Positions 15,980 to 25,134 of a stretch of 38,530 bases of DNA are shown here, one piece after another. The DNA is from a virus. Its lineage: Duplodnaviria; Caudoviricetes. The DNA is taken from IMG/VR virus record IMGVR_UViG_3300005662_000094, positions 1 to 38,530 of that record. One strand, given 5' to 3'. Position 1 is the stretch's first letter. The number at the start of each line of letters is the position of its first letter. Under the pieces are notes generated by a model that was given only the letters and a program-made list of their open reading frames with translations, searched no databases and was not told where the DNA came from. Made by a program: the position numbers and the translations under genes.

Positions 15980-16318
15980 TCACGGTACCTCCTTTGCCGC
16001 TAAAATTTGTTTGACTTTTTCACGAAATTCAGGTAAAGTGGCAGCACCAACATGGTGCCCCAGAAATTTGCCATTACTCCTTAGAAATACATAAACTGGT
16101 AAGTCTATGGTATAATCCGCATTGATGGCATGTCTCTCTAGGCACTGGTAGACTCTAATTTTTGTTAGGTCATTCCTGTGGTCTATGATATCATCTAAGT
16201 TCGCTTCTTGATAAGCGATCTCTGGGAAGCCCTCAATTACAGACTTATCATGTCTGCTCATGTGCTTGCAAATTTCGCAATTTTTATCAAAAACTTTAGT
16301 GGCAATAACTGTGGTCAT
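15980..16318 (-). CDS. thioredoxin-like protein
   Basis: CEIC motif near the N-terminus and 'LPVYVF...G' cis-Pro strand. Confidence 0.7.
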   Translation of the reverse strand: MTTVIATKVFDKNCEICKHMSRHDKSVIEGFPEIAYQEANLDDIIDHRNDLTKIRVYQCLERHAINADYTIDLPVYVFLRSNGKFLGHHVGAATLPEFREKVKQILAAKEVP

Positions 16319-16359
16319 TATCCCAAGGGGTTTGTAGGATTTAAGGTAAATTTACCCCA

Positions 16360-16935
16360 TCATCGAAAAAGATCGATAAGCTCAGGGTGCTTCTTTCGGA
16401 AAGATGTTGTGAACCTAGCTACGCAGCTACTTACCGCTTGTTTAGTTACACCAAACTCTTTTGCGATTTCAGATTGGGTCAACTTAGTGTGGTTAAATAG
16501 TCCGTACTTCGAGCAAATGATTTTGAACCCTTGGGTATCGGGTCCACCATAACGGTCCAATAAGATTTCCTTGATTTGTGGAGCACTGAATTTGGCATTT
16601 ACGTCACCCTCGTAACTAACATCAACTTCATCAATGCTCTCTGTGTACTTAGGGTGCTTCTTCTCCTGCCTAGCAGCCCCCTGGATGGCCTCACGGACCT
16701 TCCAAAACATCCAAGTCATGGGGACTACGTTGCGGCTCAAATCAAAGGTTCTGATGCCATTTACGATGCCGATCTTGCCCTCTTGAACTAGGTCTTCCTT
16801 CATGTGATTGCTCGCCATGTAAGAATACATGTTCACAAGTTTGTGAACCAATGGTGTGAACTGAACGATGGTTTTCTCAATGGACTTCTCATCACCATTT
16901 ACAGCTTTGCGAAAGGTTTCAATTGTGTAAGTCAT
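16360..16935 (-). CDS. second sigma70-family sigma factor
   Basis: 'EDLVQEGKIGIVNGIRTFD' (region 2) and 'LTQSEIAKEFGVTKQAVS' (region 4 HTH). Confidence 0.85.
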   Translation of the reverse strand: MTYTIETFRKAVNGDEKSIEKTIVQFTPLVHKLVNMYSYMASNHMKEDLVQEGKIGIVNGIRTFDLSRNVVPMTWMFWKVREAIQGAARQEKKHPKYTESIDEVDVSYEGDVNAKFSAPQIKEILLDRYGGPDTQGFKIICSKYGLFNHTKLTQSEIAKEFGVTKQAVSSCVARFTTSFRKKHPELIDLFR

Positions 16936-17054
16936 TTCTCTCTCTTTGCTCGATGTTTGATTCCTTAATGTTAGTCTGGGTCAAAGGTTAGAACCTTAGA
17001 ACTAACCTGTCCCTGCAGTCAATCAGGCTGATCCCCGAGTAATTGCGTTTAATT

Positions 17055-17276
17055 TCAATCGTTGATTTGTGAGTAATTCGGAGGACCCGGCAGATTCTCC
17101 CGCATTATCCAAGCTGTGGCTGCTTTCTGGGACATCCACGCCTCTAGCAATTGTTTGCACAAATCTTGAAGGACTTTTAGATCAGTGGTGGAGTCTATAA
17201 CTCTACCCATCTTCTCTAATTCAAATTTTTGCCCGATGGTTAGTTCCATGGGACTGATGGTACTTTCAGGGTTCAT
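17055..17276 (-). CDS. nblA: NblA-like protein (phage/picocyanobacterial type)
   Basis: 'ELTIGQKFELEKMGRVID...LLEAWMSQKAATAW' two-helix pattern with the L-x-x-x-Q-x-F start. Confidence 0.55.
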   Translation of the reverse strand: MNPESTISPMELTIGQKFELEKMGRVIDSTTDLKVLQDLCKQLLEAWMSQKAATAWIMRENLPGPPNYSQIND

Positions 17277-17749
17277 GGTGATTCATAATATAAAACTGGT
17301 ATTCCGGCCTCATAGAGGATGTCACTTGCTATAGTTAGGCTATCTTTCCAACTCCCATGGTAGGAACTAAAGTTAGGGCAGACGATTCTTTTGATCCCTG
17401 CACCAATGAGTACACTAGCACATCCGCTGCATGGCGGGAAAGTGATGAAAGCCGAACAACCGTCAGTGGACACTCCTTCTTTGGCGGCCCATACAATGGC
17501 ATTTTTTTCAGCGTGAATGACGACATTGTTTTTGAAGGACTTGTCATTCAACCTTATCGCAGTATCTGCTATTCCACTAGGGAAGCCATTGTACCCAGTA
17601 GAAACTATGCGATTTTCCTTAACCAAGACACAACCTACTTTTTTGTGGGGGTCTTTGCTCCAGAGCTTAATGTCTTCAGCTAGCTGAATCCAACGGAGAT
17701 CCCATTTTGTAAGATGGGGGTTCTGATGATTCAATTTCCCGGTAGTCAC
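17273..17749 (-). CDS. dCMP deaminase family protein
   Basis: 'SKDP..KVGC', 'TGYNG', 'HAEKNAI', 'PPCSGC' zinc motifs. Confidence 0.9.
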   Translation of the reverse strand: MTTGKLNHQNPHLTKWDLRWIQLAEDIKLWSKDPHKKVGCVLVKENRIVSTGYNGFPSGIADTAIRLNDKSFKNNVVIHAEKNAIVWAAKEGVSTDGCSAFITFPPCSGCASVLIGAGIKRIVCPNFSSYHGSWKDSLTIASDILYEAGIPVLYYESP

Positions 17750-18005
17750 TTAGAGCTTCGCTGAATTGTTTACAAATGTGTTTCTTCGTTGTAAAAACTT
17801 CTTCATCGCAATTTGCGATTTCTGTATAGATGTTCCACAGGGATTCCGTATGTGCCAAACCATACTCTACTTGAAAGTAGGATAGGATGATAGCAAGGTC
17901 AGGAAGGGAGCATGAGATGGTTCTCATTTCCTGGAAAGTGCAATCAGATGCTTTCATTAGGGGTCTGTTTTTGGGTGGAATTGCTACTTTGTTGGAGGCA
18001 CTCAT
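17676..18005 (-). CDS. hypothetical protein (109 aa)
   Basis: ATGA overlap with the MazG stop; no recognised domain. Confidence 0.55.
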   Translation of the reverse strand: MSASNKVAIPPKNRPLMKASDCTFQEMRTISCSLPDLAIILSYFQVEYGLAHTESLWNIYTEIANCDEEVFTTKKHICKQFSEALSDYREIESSEPPSYKMGSPLDSAS

Positions 18006-18331
18006 CGGTTATCACCACTACCTGCGATGACTCCTCTCTCCTTCCTAGAGGAAAGTTTGTCAATGTTTCGCTGTGCGATTGTGTCTAGATCGGTACCCAT
18101 TTCAGTGGCCAATTGGGCTACATACCATAGCACATCCCCAAGCTCATCGGAAACAGATTCTCGGACCTCATCGGAAAGAACGCCAGATTTGTCCCGGATA
18201 ACTTTCTTAAGTTTATTTGCAATTTCCCCAGCTTCGCCAACAAGGCCAAGAGCAGGGTAGGTAAACTCTGAGCCCATGTTCGGGTAAATGGCGGTTTCCC
18301 GGGCTCGATTTTGATAATAGTTAAATTCCAT
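18002..18331 (-). CDS. mazG: MazG-like NTP pyrophosphohydrolase
   Basis: 'YPALGLVGEAGEIANKLKK...DELGDVLWY...GSGDNR'; likely start ATG 18331. Confidence 0.88.
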   Translation of the reverse strand: MEFNYYQNRARETAIYPNMGSEFTYPALGLVGEAGEIANKLKKVIRDKSGVLSDEVRESVSDELGDVLWYVAQLATEMGTDLDTIAQRNIDKLSSRKERGVIAGSGDNR

Positions 18332-18421
18332 AGACGGTGTGTGGAGCGAAATTGTTACTGTTTTGGTGTCAAACCGTGGGTTTAACAAGTGGAGCTTAGC
18401 ACAGATGGCAATGTGGGTCAA

Positions 18422-18919
18422 TCAAAACCCAACATCAATCTCCTGTGCATCACCAGATTCTACCATCTCTGACCATGAAATGCAAGCGACCCCAATCGTG
18501 AACCTAACTTGAGTAGGCGTACTTCCTGCGAATTGTGCAACTTTTTTAAGTAAAGTATGATAGTATCTCACTTCGCCTTCAAAATCGCTTACTTGGAGGG
18601 AGGGAATAATGACGCAAAGTGACAGGTCGTGACCCTCTGTAATGAACTCCAGTAAGTGGCTTTCCCTGTGAATGATGGATTGGATAATGTCATTTTTATC
18701 TCTTCTTAACCTTACTAGGATTTCGTTCCATTCGGGGCTCGATTGGTTAAAATCATTAAGGGCGCCATCAGAGGAATTTTTAAAATTTACTTGAGGTTCA
18801 TCTGGGACCAACGTGGTAACTACAATGTGAGTCAAGTAGACACCATCTGCTGAGGATTTTCCTCTCTTTTTAACTGAGTTCTGGAGGTAAATTGCCGGAT
18901 CAATGTGTTTGTTTGTCAT
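18422..18919 (-). CDS. hypothetical protein (165 aa)
   Basis: ORF in operon; ends EIDVGF. Confidence 0.7.
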   Translation of the reverse strand: MTNKHIDPAIYLQNSVKKRGKSSADGVYLTHIVVTTLVPDEPQVNFKNSSDGALNDFNQSSPEWNEILVRLRRDKNDIIQSIIHRESHLLEFITEGHDLSLCVIIPSLQVSDFEGEVRYYHTLLKKVAQFAGSTPTQVRFTIGVACISWSEMVESGDAQEIDVGF

Positions 18920-18925
18920 TTTGTT

Positions 18926-19363
18926 TTAGGGTTTTCCGTAGGTTATGCTACCACCATTATTGATTATTTTGATGGGATCATTGTGAAGAACATCTCTAGT
19001 GTTGTTTTCGGTCCTATTGAGTCTGACGTTACCCTCTTTACCGAACAAGGGATGCTTAGCCAGTAAGTCTCTAACATGGCGTTTAGATTCAATGCTGAAT
19101 GCTCCGAAGTATCGGTCAACTGCGTTGTTTTCTGAGCCGGAAGTTGTTGTTAGGGGGTTATTTGACTTGGGTTTTTCCGACTGGTTGCCTTTGGGGTATT
19201 CTTCCTTTAGGTCACCTTTTGGTTGGCTAAGGTCATCTCTGGATTTTACCTTTCTTTGAAGGCTCCTGCCAATTGGAAAAGAACCGGCAGCATTTTTATA
19301 GCCGCCAGTTGAATTCAACGGTGTCGGAGTATCCGGTAAGTTAGACTCAAATAGTTCCTTCAT
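18926..19363 (-). CDS. hypothetical protein (145 aa)
   Basis: ORF in operon, low-complexity polar sequence. Confidence 0.65.
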   Translation of the reverse strand: MKELFESNLPDTPTPLNSTGGYKNAAGSFPIGRSLQRKVKSRDDLSQPKGDLKEEYPKGNQSEKPKSNNPLTTTSGSENNAVDRYFGAFSIESKRHVRDLLAKHPLFGKEGNVRLNRTENNTRDVLHNDPIKIINNGGSITYGKP

Positions 19364-19385
19364 TGTGGGGTAGCACTAATTGCTA

Positions 19386-19769
19386 TTAGGTTAGAGGTAA
19401 CCTCAAGCTTGGCACAAAAGCATTTTCACTTACCCTACGAATACCAACAACATAGTTAGCAGAGAAATACTCGCCGGGTTGAGGTATGATGTAGTTGTAC
19501 TTGACAATCTGCCAAATTGGAACTAGAAAGAACGCATGTTCCAGGTCTTCGATGCCTTTAGCATACAACTTTGCCAGGAGCCTAGGGGTATAGAGCTGAC
19601 AGAAGGTTTCGATTTCTTGTACGGTCCCGACTTTATCGTAAAGATTAGCGGGGTCATCAATGCAACTGAAGCCTTCAGACTCTAATTGCTCTTTAAGTCT
19701 TAGTTGCTTTTGGCATTCGTATGTAAATGAGTCCACGAAGGTATCCTGGTCGTTTGTATGTAAGTTCAT
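19386..19769 (-). CDS. hypothetical protein (127 aa)
   Basis: ATGA overlap with the helicase stop. Confidence 0.7.
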   Translation of the reverse strand: MNLHTNDQDTFVDSFTYECQKQLRLKEQLESEGFSCIDDPANLYDKVGTVQEIETFCQLYTPRLLAKLYAKGIEDLEHAFFLVPIWQIVKYNYIIPQPGEYFSANYVVGIRRVSENAFVPSLRLPLT

Positions 19770-22103
19770 ACTTTTACCCCCTTCGCTTCAAACATTTTAT
19801 CGCAAGCTTCTTTCCTGAGGATTTCAGCTCTATCCGGTGAGTAGCCTTCGTTTGCCATCCATTTGTCTTGGCATTTGGCCTTAGGGTCAAGGATCCTATT
19901 TTTATAGACATCCTCTACTTCATCCAACAACCCGATTGCCTCTCGAACCAGGTCTTCTTGGGCATAGCGACAGTTTTCCCAGTTTTCAATGATGTAGGAA
20001 GCTTCGCCACCAATCTTGAAGCCGTCCCTAAGAACCAACTTTTCAATCATTTCCTTGATGATCATCAGGGAAGTTTTTTCTTTGGTTTCTTTCCTGGCAC
20101 CAGTAGTCTCGTCAAAGAGCATTTCCCTGCCAAGTGAGATTGACTTTTTGACCGATTCCCACCTTAGTTCCCTGAATCCCTGGTAGTAGTGAGTAGATGG
20201 CCTACCAACTTTGCACCAGTTTTCTTTCAGTAGAGGCATTAGATGCTGACAACTTGGGTCAACCCCTACAAAATAGAGGCTCTCTAAGTAGTCATAAAGG
20301 ACGTTAGGTGTCAATTCCGGCATCCTCTCATCTTTGTTTCCTATGCGGATAAAATGAGCGAACGCCATAGCGTTGACTAGGGCTTGGGTAACGTCGGCCT
20401 TGAATCGAATTCTTTGCCGAGTAGTCCAGTAACGGACTTCGACTTGGAGGCGGTTGATGGTGGGGTCGGAATCGTCGTTAATGATATCTAGGAATCTGTC
20501 GGTACAAAGCCTCAGGCACCATAGATACAAAGCATCTTTGCTTACCCCTAGTTTCTCTTCGAGGTACGGAATGTGGGACTTTGGCCTAAGGTCTGGGGTA
20601 CCATCGGATACGGTTCCTTTAAGATTTTCCTTGTTTTTTGCTACCTCATATTCTCTGTATGTGCTGATTAGCTTGATTCTGTCTATGATCCCGGGGTCCA
20701 AATCATAAGCAAACTTACTATTCCAATCATTGGAGTTCAGGAGCATGACGGTTTTAGGCCAGATTTGCTCCGAAGTTTGGAACTTGTCTTCTACTTGTAA
20801 TACCATGTGTTCAAACGGTGTCGCTAGTTCCGTTCCGGGACTTAACCCAGCTAAATGTTACCATTTAGAGCAGACTATATCATATTCCCTTGGGAATCTT
20901 CCCGTTTCGGATCGCTTGATCCTACTCTCTTTCGAGATAGTCGTTAGGCTTTGTATCCCCCTGGTTTCATGCCTTTAGAGCAGAAAACTCTGAAAATACT
21001 TTAGCACGGTAGGTTGCCCTTATGTATCAAAGGGTATTCCCCGTTTAGAGAAGTTTTTCTCTAGGACATTACTGACCTAGGGGGCTACTAGTTAACCCAT
21101 TCGTAATCATAATCTTAGTCTCCTCAGCAGAAAGGAATTTCTTAAGAGAAGATAAAGAAGTATCATCCTTATACGATATGTCACTCATGGCAAAGGACTT
21201 AACACCAAATCGTTCTTCAGTAGACTTAAAAGTCCAGATCGAAAATCCGCATTTGGAAAAAGCAGCGGTCATGCTATTGAAGCATTCGGATTTCCCAAGT
21301 CCAGGGTCCTTACCAACTACAACTCCCGCCATACGGGCAGTATGTTGAACTGCTTTATCTTTGCCTGGGGGGAGGTGATTAGACCTACCGACCCCAATCC
21401 TCCCGATAATCAACTTGAGTATTTCCAACTCAGCTTCTGGAAAAATCGTGAACACATCCGACATCTTAACTTGATGAAGCACGGGGTTAAACCAATCCCT
21501 GTCCGGGACCCAAATCCTGGGGTTTGTTACAACAGTTCCCCCCAATCTGGCCATCGGGTCAAACGTATGAGCAAAATCAAACTCCGGGTAGAAGTTTTTC
21601 GATTGGCTGATTTTCTGCATCTTCAACAGACGGGCCGTAAAAGAAGCTAAGTCGCTATCGCCTGGTTTAGGGCGGTGCAGCGGCTCCCAGAAAGTTCGAA
21701 CTTCATCTTCGCACAACCCGGGGTAAAACACCTTCTCAATGTCTTCAAAATCTGCCATTTCGGTAATATCTTGAAGTGGTTTGAAGGTGTGTGGATACTT
21801 AATCCCTTTGACTTCTGGCGGGGCCGCAGGTTTGAGGATGCGGTGGTTGACATGGGGTGCTCCTTCCACAAGGTCCAGAATGTAACCCTTTGCCTTTAAG
21901 AGGGCAATACCCTTATTATACAACTCACTTACGCGAATTGGTTCTTTTTTCTTATTACCTTTCTTTTCTTCAGTCGATTTTGATTTATCCTCATCACCTT
22001 TCTCTGAGGAAAAAACCCTGGCCTTCTTCAAATCTTGAGCTTGATTGAAAATGGCGATTTCTTGTTTGGTACTCCCCGTACCACCTGAGTAGGGATCTGG
22101 CAT
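19766..22103 (-). CDS. SF3 (D5-like) helicase, two exons split by a group I intron
   Basis: Exons 22103-21095 and 20802-19766 join to 681 aa: Walker A 'GKDPGLGKS', Walker B 'ISYKDD', B' 'ITNGLLQVEDKF' (formed across the junction), motif C 'LLNSN'. Confidence 0.82.
20803..21094 (-). mobile_element. group I intron (292 nt, ORF-less) in helicase gene
   Basis: P1 GGGU/GCCC; P10 UAGUA with 3' exon UAUUA; core CCTAACGACTA and GATATAGTCT; terminal G at 20803. Confidence 0.88.
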
Positions 22104-22132
22104 TTGGTTTCTATAGTAGTTTAATAGTCGAA

Positions 22133-22162
22133 CAAAGAAAGACCCCGGTTGACACCGGGGCC
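22133..22162 (-). terminator. rho-independent terminator
   Basis: GGCCCCGGT-GTCA-ACCGGGGTC hairpin followed by TTTCTTTG, 17 nt after the 22179 stop. Confidence 0.8.
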
Positions 22163-22178
22163 AGTTCTCACATGGAGA

Positions 22179-23153
22179 TCAGAAAGCGAGAGAGAAGCTT
22201 TCGGGATCTTCCACGAATGTTTGGCATCTCAGGACGCATTTTGCGGTTGGGAAGCCGTTGTAGTCCCCATGCTCAGTGACTTTGAGCACAGCAGGGGAAT
22301 CAGGAGTGATAACTGGATCAGCAGCTAATGTCTTCTTAAGGGCATTGTTAGGTTCAACGATAGCCCAATCAGATACCTCCCTTTCTTCGGTGACCCATTC
22401 GCCTTCAACTTGAGTGCGAATCGGGGCAACAAAGGGTTCGGAAACTTGAACTTGCATGAAGTATTTGGTTCCGTATTGACCACCTTCCTTAGCACGGTAA
22501 GTCGTTACATTGTACTCACCAAGAGGCAAATGTGCTACCTTAAGGAAAGGTCCAATCATGCGCTCGCCGGTACCGAGAGATTCGCCGCGCTTGCTGAGGT
22601 CACTTGCGATTTGGACTTTTTCAGCAATTGCTTCGGGATTCTCACTGAGGAGAAGATCCAGTAGTTCTACTGAGATTTTGTCTTCGTAATCAGCGGAACG
22701 AATGGGAATTGGCAGAGTATACAGGGTGCCATTGGCAGTTGCCGAAACTGCGAGGGCAGGCTCTTTGTATTTGCCGATTTGCTCTTCCTTGAAGGAAAGT
22801 TTGGTTCCCTTCCCGATGTTTTCGGTGGTGATTTTGTCTGTGCTTACTTGTAGGGGGATGTCACGATCACCCCAACGGATGACGAGTCCTTTTTCTTCTG
22901 TGGAGAAGACTGTGGGGGAATAGAGGCGCTTGAATACACCGTTTGCATCCGCACGAACAGTAAATGTGTTGGATTCCATGTCGAAATCTTCGCCAGTCAA
23001 TGCTTTGAAGATAGCGGCAAGGCCCAGACGGTATGTCTCGGGGAGAGCTTTGTTCGGGATGTCAGTGTATGCCTTGACGTAAGTTTTAGACTCAAGGCGA
23101 GCGCGGTTTTTGTCGTCGAGTTGAGGATTGATTTTAAGGGTTGTTACAGCCAT
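22179..23153 (-). CDS. hypothetical protein, candidate ssDNA-binding/replication protein
   Basis: Own promoter and terminator, next to the helicase, beta-rich, acidic tail ending in Phe. Start moved to ATG 23153 because the track start lies in the -10 box. Function is inference. Confidence 0.6.
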   Translation of the reverse strand: MAVTTLKINPQLDDKNRARLESKTYVKAYTDIPNKALPETYRLGLAAIFKALTGEDFDMESNTFTVRADANGVFKRLYSPTVFSTEEKGLVIRWGDRDIPLQVSTDKITTENIGKGTKLSFKEEQIGKYKEPALAVSATANGTLYTLPIPIRSADYEDKISVELLDLLLSENPEAIAEKVQIASDLSKRGESLGTGERMIGPFLKVAHLPLGEYNVTTYRAKEGGQYGTKYFMQVQVSEPFVAPIRTQVEGEWVTEEREVSDWAIVEPNNALKKTLAADPVITPDSPAVLKVTEHGDYNGFPTAKCVLRCQTFVEDPESFSLAF

Positions 23154-23211
23154 TTTGTTCTTTGAGTAGAATGTGTGGTTCCATGCTCTATTGCTTGGCA
23201 CATTCACTCTC

Positions 23212-23239
23212 ATTGTAGCAAGATGGTTCCGAAAGTCAA
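23212..23239 (-). promoter_or_regulatory. early-type promoter TTGACTTTC-N7-TCTTGCTACAAT
   Basis: Second copy of the conserved promoter. Confidence 0.75.
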
Positions 23240-23248
23240 CGGGCCCGG

Positions 23249-25120
23249 TCAGAAGAGCCTGTCCGCTATATAATACTCAAACCATTGATTTGCAATTACC
23301 ATGCCGAAATTAAAGGTATCATACACTGAGTTCGGGTCTTTTTGTCTTGGTTTTTGGTTGTAACGTGCCAAATATCGATAAAAAGCTGAATTTTTAGAAA
23401 CTTTAACTAAAGATTTATTGCCGGGGTACGCTATTACTGTTGAGTTGAACTCCCTTTGTTCTGGTGCCGTAAGGGCCCTACCTAAGGGTTTTACCGCCGG
23501 TTCCGGCGCGGGGATTGGTCGAGGTTGGGAGTTGGTTTGAGGTTGGTTGGTTGTCGGCTGGTTAGGGTTGGTTGGGGGAGTTGGTTGAGGTTGAGCCGTT
23601 GCCGCTACTTCAGAACTCAGCTTAAATGTACCGGGACCCGTAGCAGTGTAGGCAAATACATCATCCAATGACCAGGCATACCTAACCCAATTCTCTATGG
23701 ACCCGTACTTACCCACTAATCCTAAAGTATAAACGGCATAATCCAGCCAAATTTTACCAATTTGAGGGTTCATAAAAGTGCCAAGTCCATACGTCCTAGA
23801 AGCTTGAATAGAGAGGTTAACCCCGCCGTCACTTTGTTCGTATTCAACAGAGTTGACAATCCAATCTTCCATGGATCCTCCAGAATAATTAGGAATAAAA
23901 ATGATATCACAAGGTTTGATACCGGTTAAGGCGGGACACATAAACAAGTTAGCAGACAATCTGGCGGTACGTTCCTTTTGCAGGAGCAGCTTCTTGAACT
24001 CACCCTCCTCATTACCTTCCAGCCTCATGCCTGGCCTAGACATAGACCCATAGGTTCCACCTGCACCGTTTGCATTTTTAGCGTTTTGCGCTACTTGATT
24101 TTTTACATCCTGGATAGATTTGAACTGAAACCCAGTTTCATCTTGTGTCACATCAAATCTTTGGACCTTGGGGTTAGTGCTCCTGGTATTGCGTCTAGTT
24201 TTTTGCCCGGGTGACCACTCTGAAGTTTTCGTCATGGAGTCTATCATGGCGGGACCTAAGAAATAACCCATTCTTATGCCGGGGTACGAATAACCCCCCC
24301 TCTTAGCGTCTACAGATCTCCTCTGAACTATTGATTTGTATTCTTCTGTCGTATAGCCTTTTTTTACCATGACGCCATTTACTAATTTATTTCCGACCCA
24401 CGAATAAGGGGGAAATATGACCACCCCCGGAAGATCAGTAGTCTCATAATTACCACCACCTGTTTGTATCTTGCTTCGTAAGTTGTGAAAAAAAGCTATG
24501 TTTCCATTTTGCCCCACAATATTTTCGACCGATTGTGAAAATGTGGTACCCTCTGAATAATTTGATAGGACTTTGACTTTGCCTAGTTCTTCACCCACAT
24601 CATCCGCCGTGGATATTATGGTTTTAAGCTTGCTATTGGGGTAGAGGCGATTAAGGGCCCCCCTTAAACCAAAAAGTTGCTCAAGGTCTATCAGAGCACT
24701 GTAAAGGGTTACACCTTCGCCAACAGTGACAAAACTTTTTATGTAACCTTCACAGAGGCCATCCAACTCAGAGTAAAGGCGAACCGTGATGTCCATATTG
24801 CGTCCATAGCTCTCAGTTTGTCCAGCCCACACGAAAGAAAATGCAATGGAAGGGCCACCCGGATAGTAGTACTTAATGACTATGGTCTTATCGTATTTAT
24901 CCTTAACGAGACGCTCATATTCCTTGTAGGCTAGGGCGCTAGGGTTCCAACTCATGGACCCCGATGGTGTTTGACCCTCTTCGTGGATGTTTACTTTTAC
25001 GTTGTGTACCAGTGGCTGTGGTCCATCGGACCCTGGCCATTTTTTTGCCCCTTCGAAAAAGGTTATATTTTCGTCACCCCAATAAACTTCGCAGCGTGGT
25101 ATCAGTAAATCTCCGCCCAT
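23249..25120 (-). CDS. putative baseplate hub / tail protein
   Basis: Directly downstream of the tape measure; 'PALTGIKPCDII...WIVNSVEY' resembles the hub C-terminal barrel; Pro/Gln/Thr linker to a small terminal domain. Confidence 0.55.
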   Translation of the reverse strand: MGGDLLIPRCEVYWGDENITFFEGAKKWPGSDGPQPLVHNVKVNIHEEGQTPSGSMSWNPSALAYKEYERLVKDKYDKTIVIKYYYPGGPSIAFSFVWAGQTESYGRNMDITVRLYSELDGLCEGYIKSFVTVGEGVTLYSALIDLEQLFGLRGALNRLYPNSKLKTIISTADDVGEELGKVKVLSNYSEGTTFSQSVENIVGQNGNIAFFHNLRSKIQTGGGNYETTDLPGVVIFPPYSWVGNKLVNGVMVKKGYTTEEYKSIVQRRSVDAKRGGYSYPGIRMGYFLGPAMIDSMTKTSEWSPGQKTRRNTRSTNPKVQRFDVTQDETGFQFKSIQDVKNQVAQNAKNANGAGGTYGSMSRPGMRLEGNEEGEFKKLLLQKERTARLSANLFMCPALTGIKPCDIIFIPNYSGGSMEDWIVNSVEYEQSDGGVNLSIQASRTYGLGTFMNPQIGKIWLDYAVYTLGLVGKYGSIENWVRYAWSLDDVFAYTATGPGTFKLSSEVAATAQPQPTPPTNPNQPTTNQPQTNSQPRPIPAPEPAVKPLGRALTAPEQREFNSTVIAYPGNKSLVKVSKNSAFYRYLARYNQKPRQKDPNSVYDTFNFGMVIANQWFEYYIADRLF

Positions 25121-25134
25121 TTTGTTCTCCCTGT

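Noticed and set aside
16936-17054. Intergenic gap as tRNA/ncRNA or promoter
   Set aside because: No cloverleaf or convincing stem; only a weak TTGACT-N18-TAAGGT and a 7-nt direct repeat.
19774-19779. GGGTAA before the 19769 gene
   Set aside because: Only 5 nt from the ATG and inside helicase codons, inconsistent with the 25-27 nt spacing.
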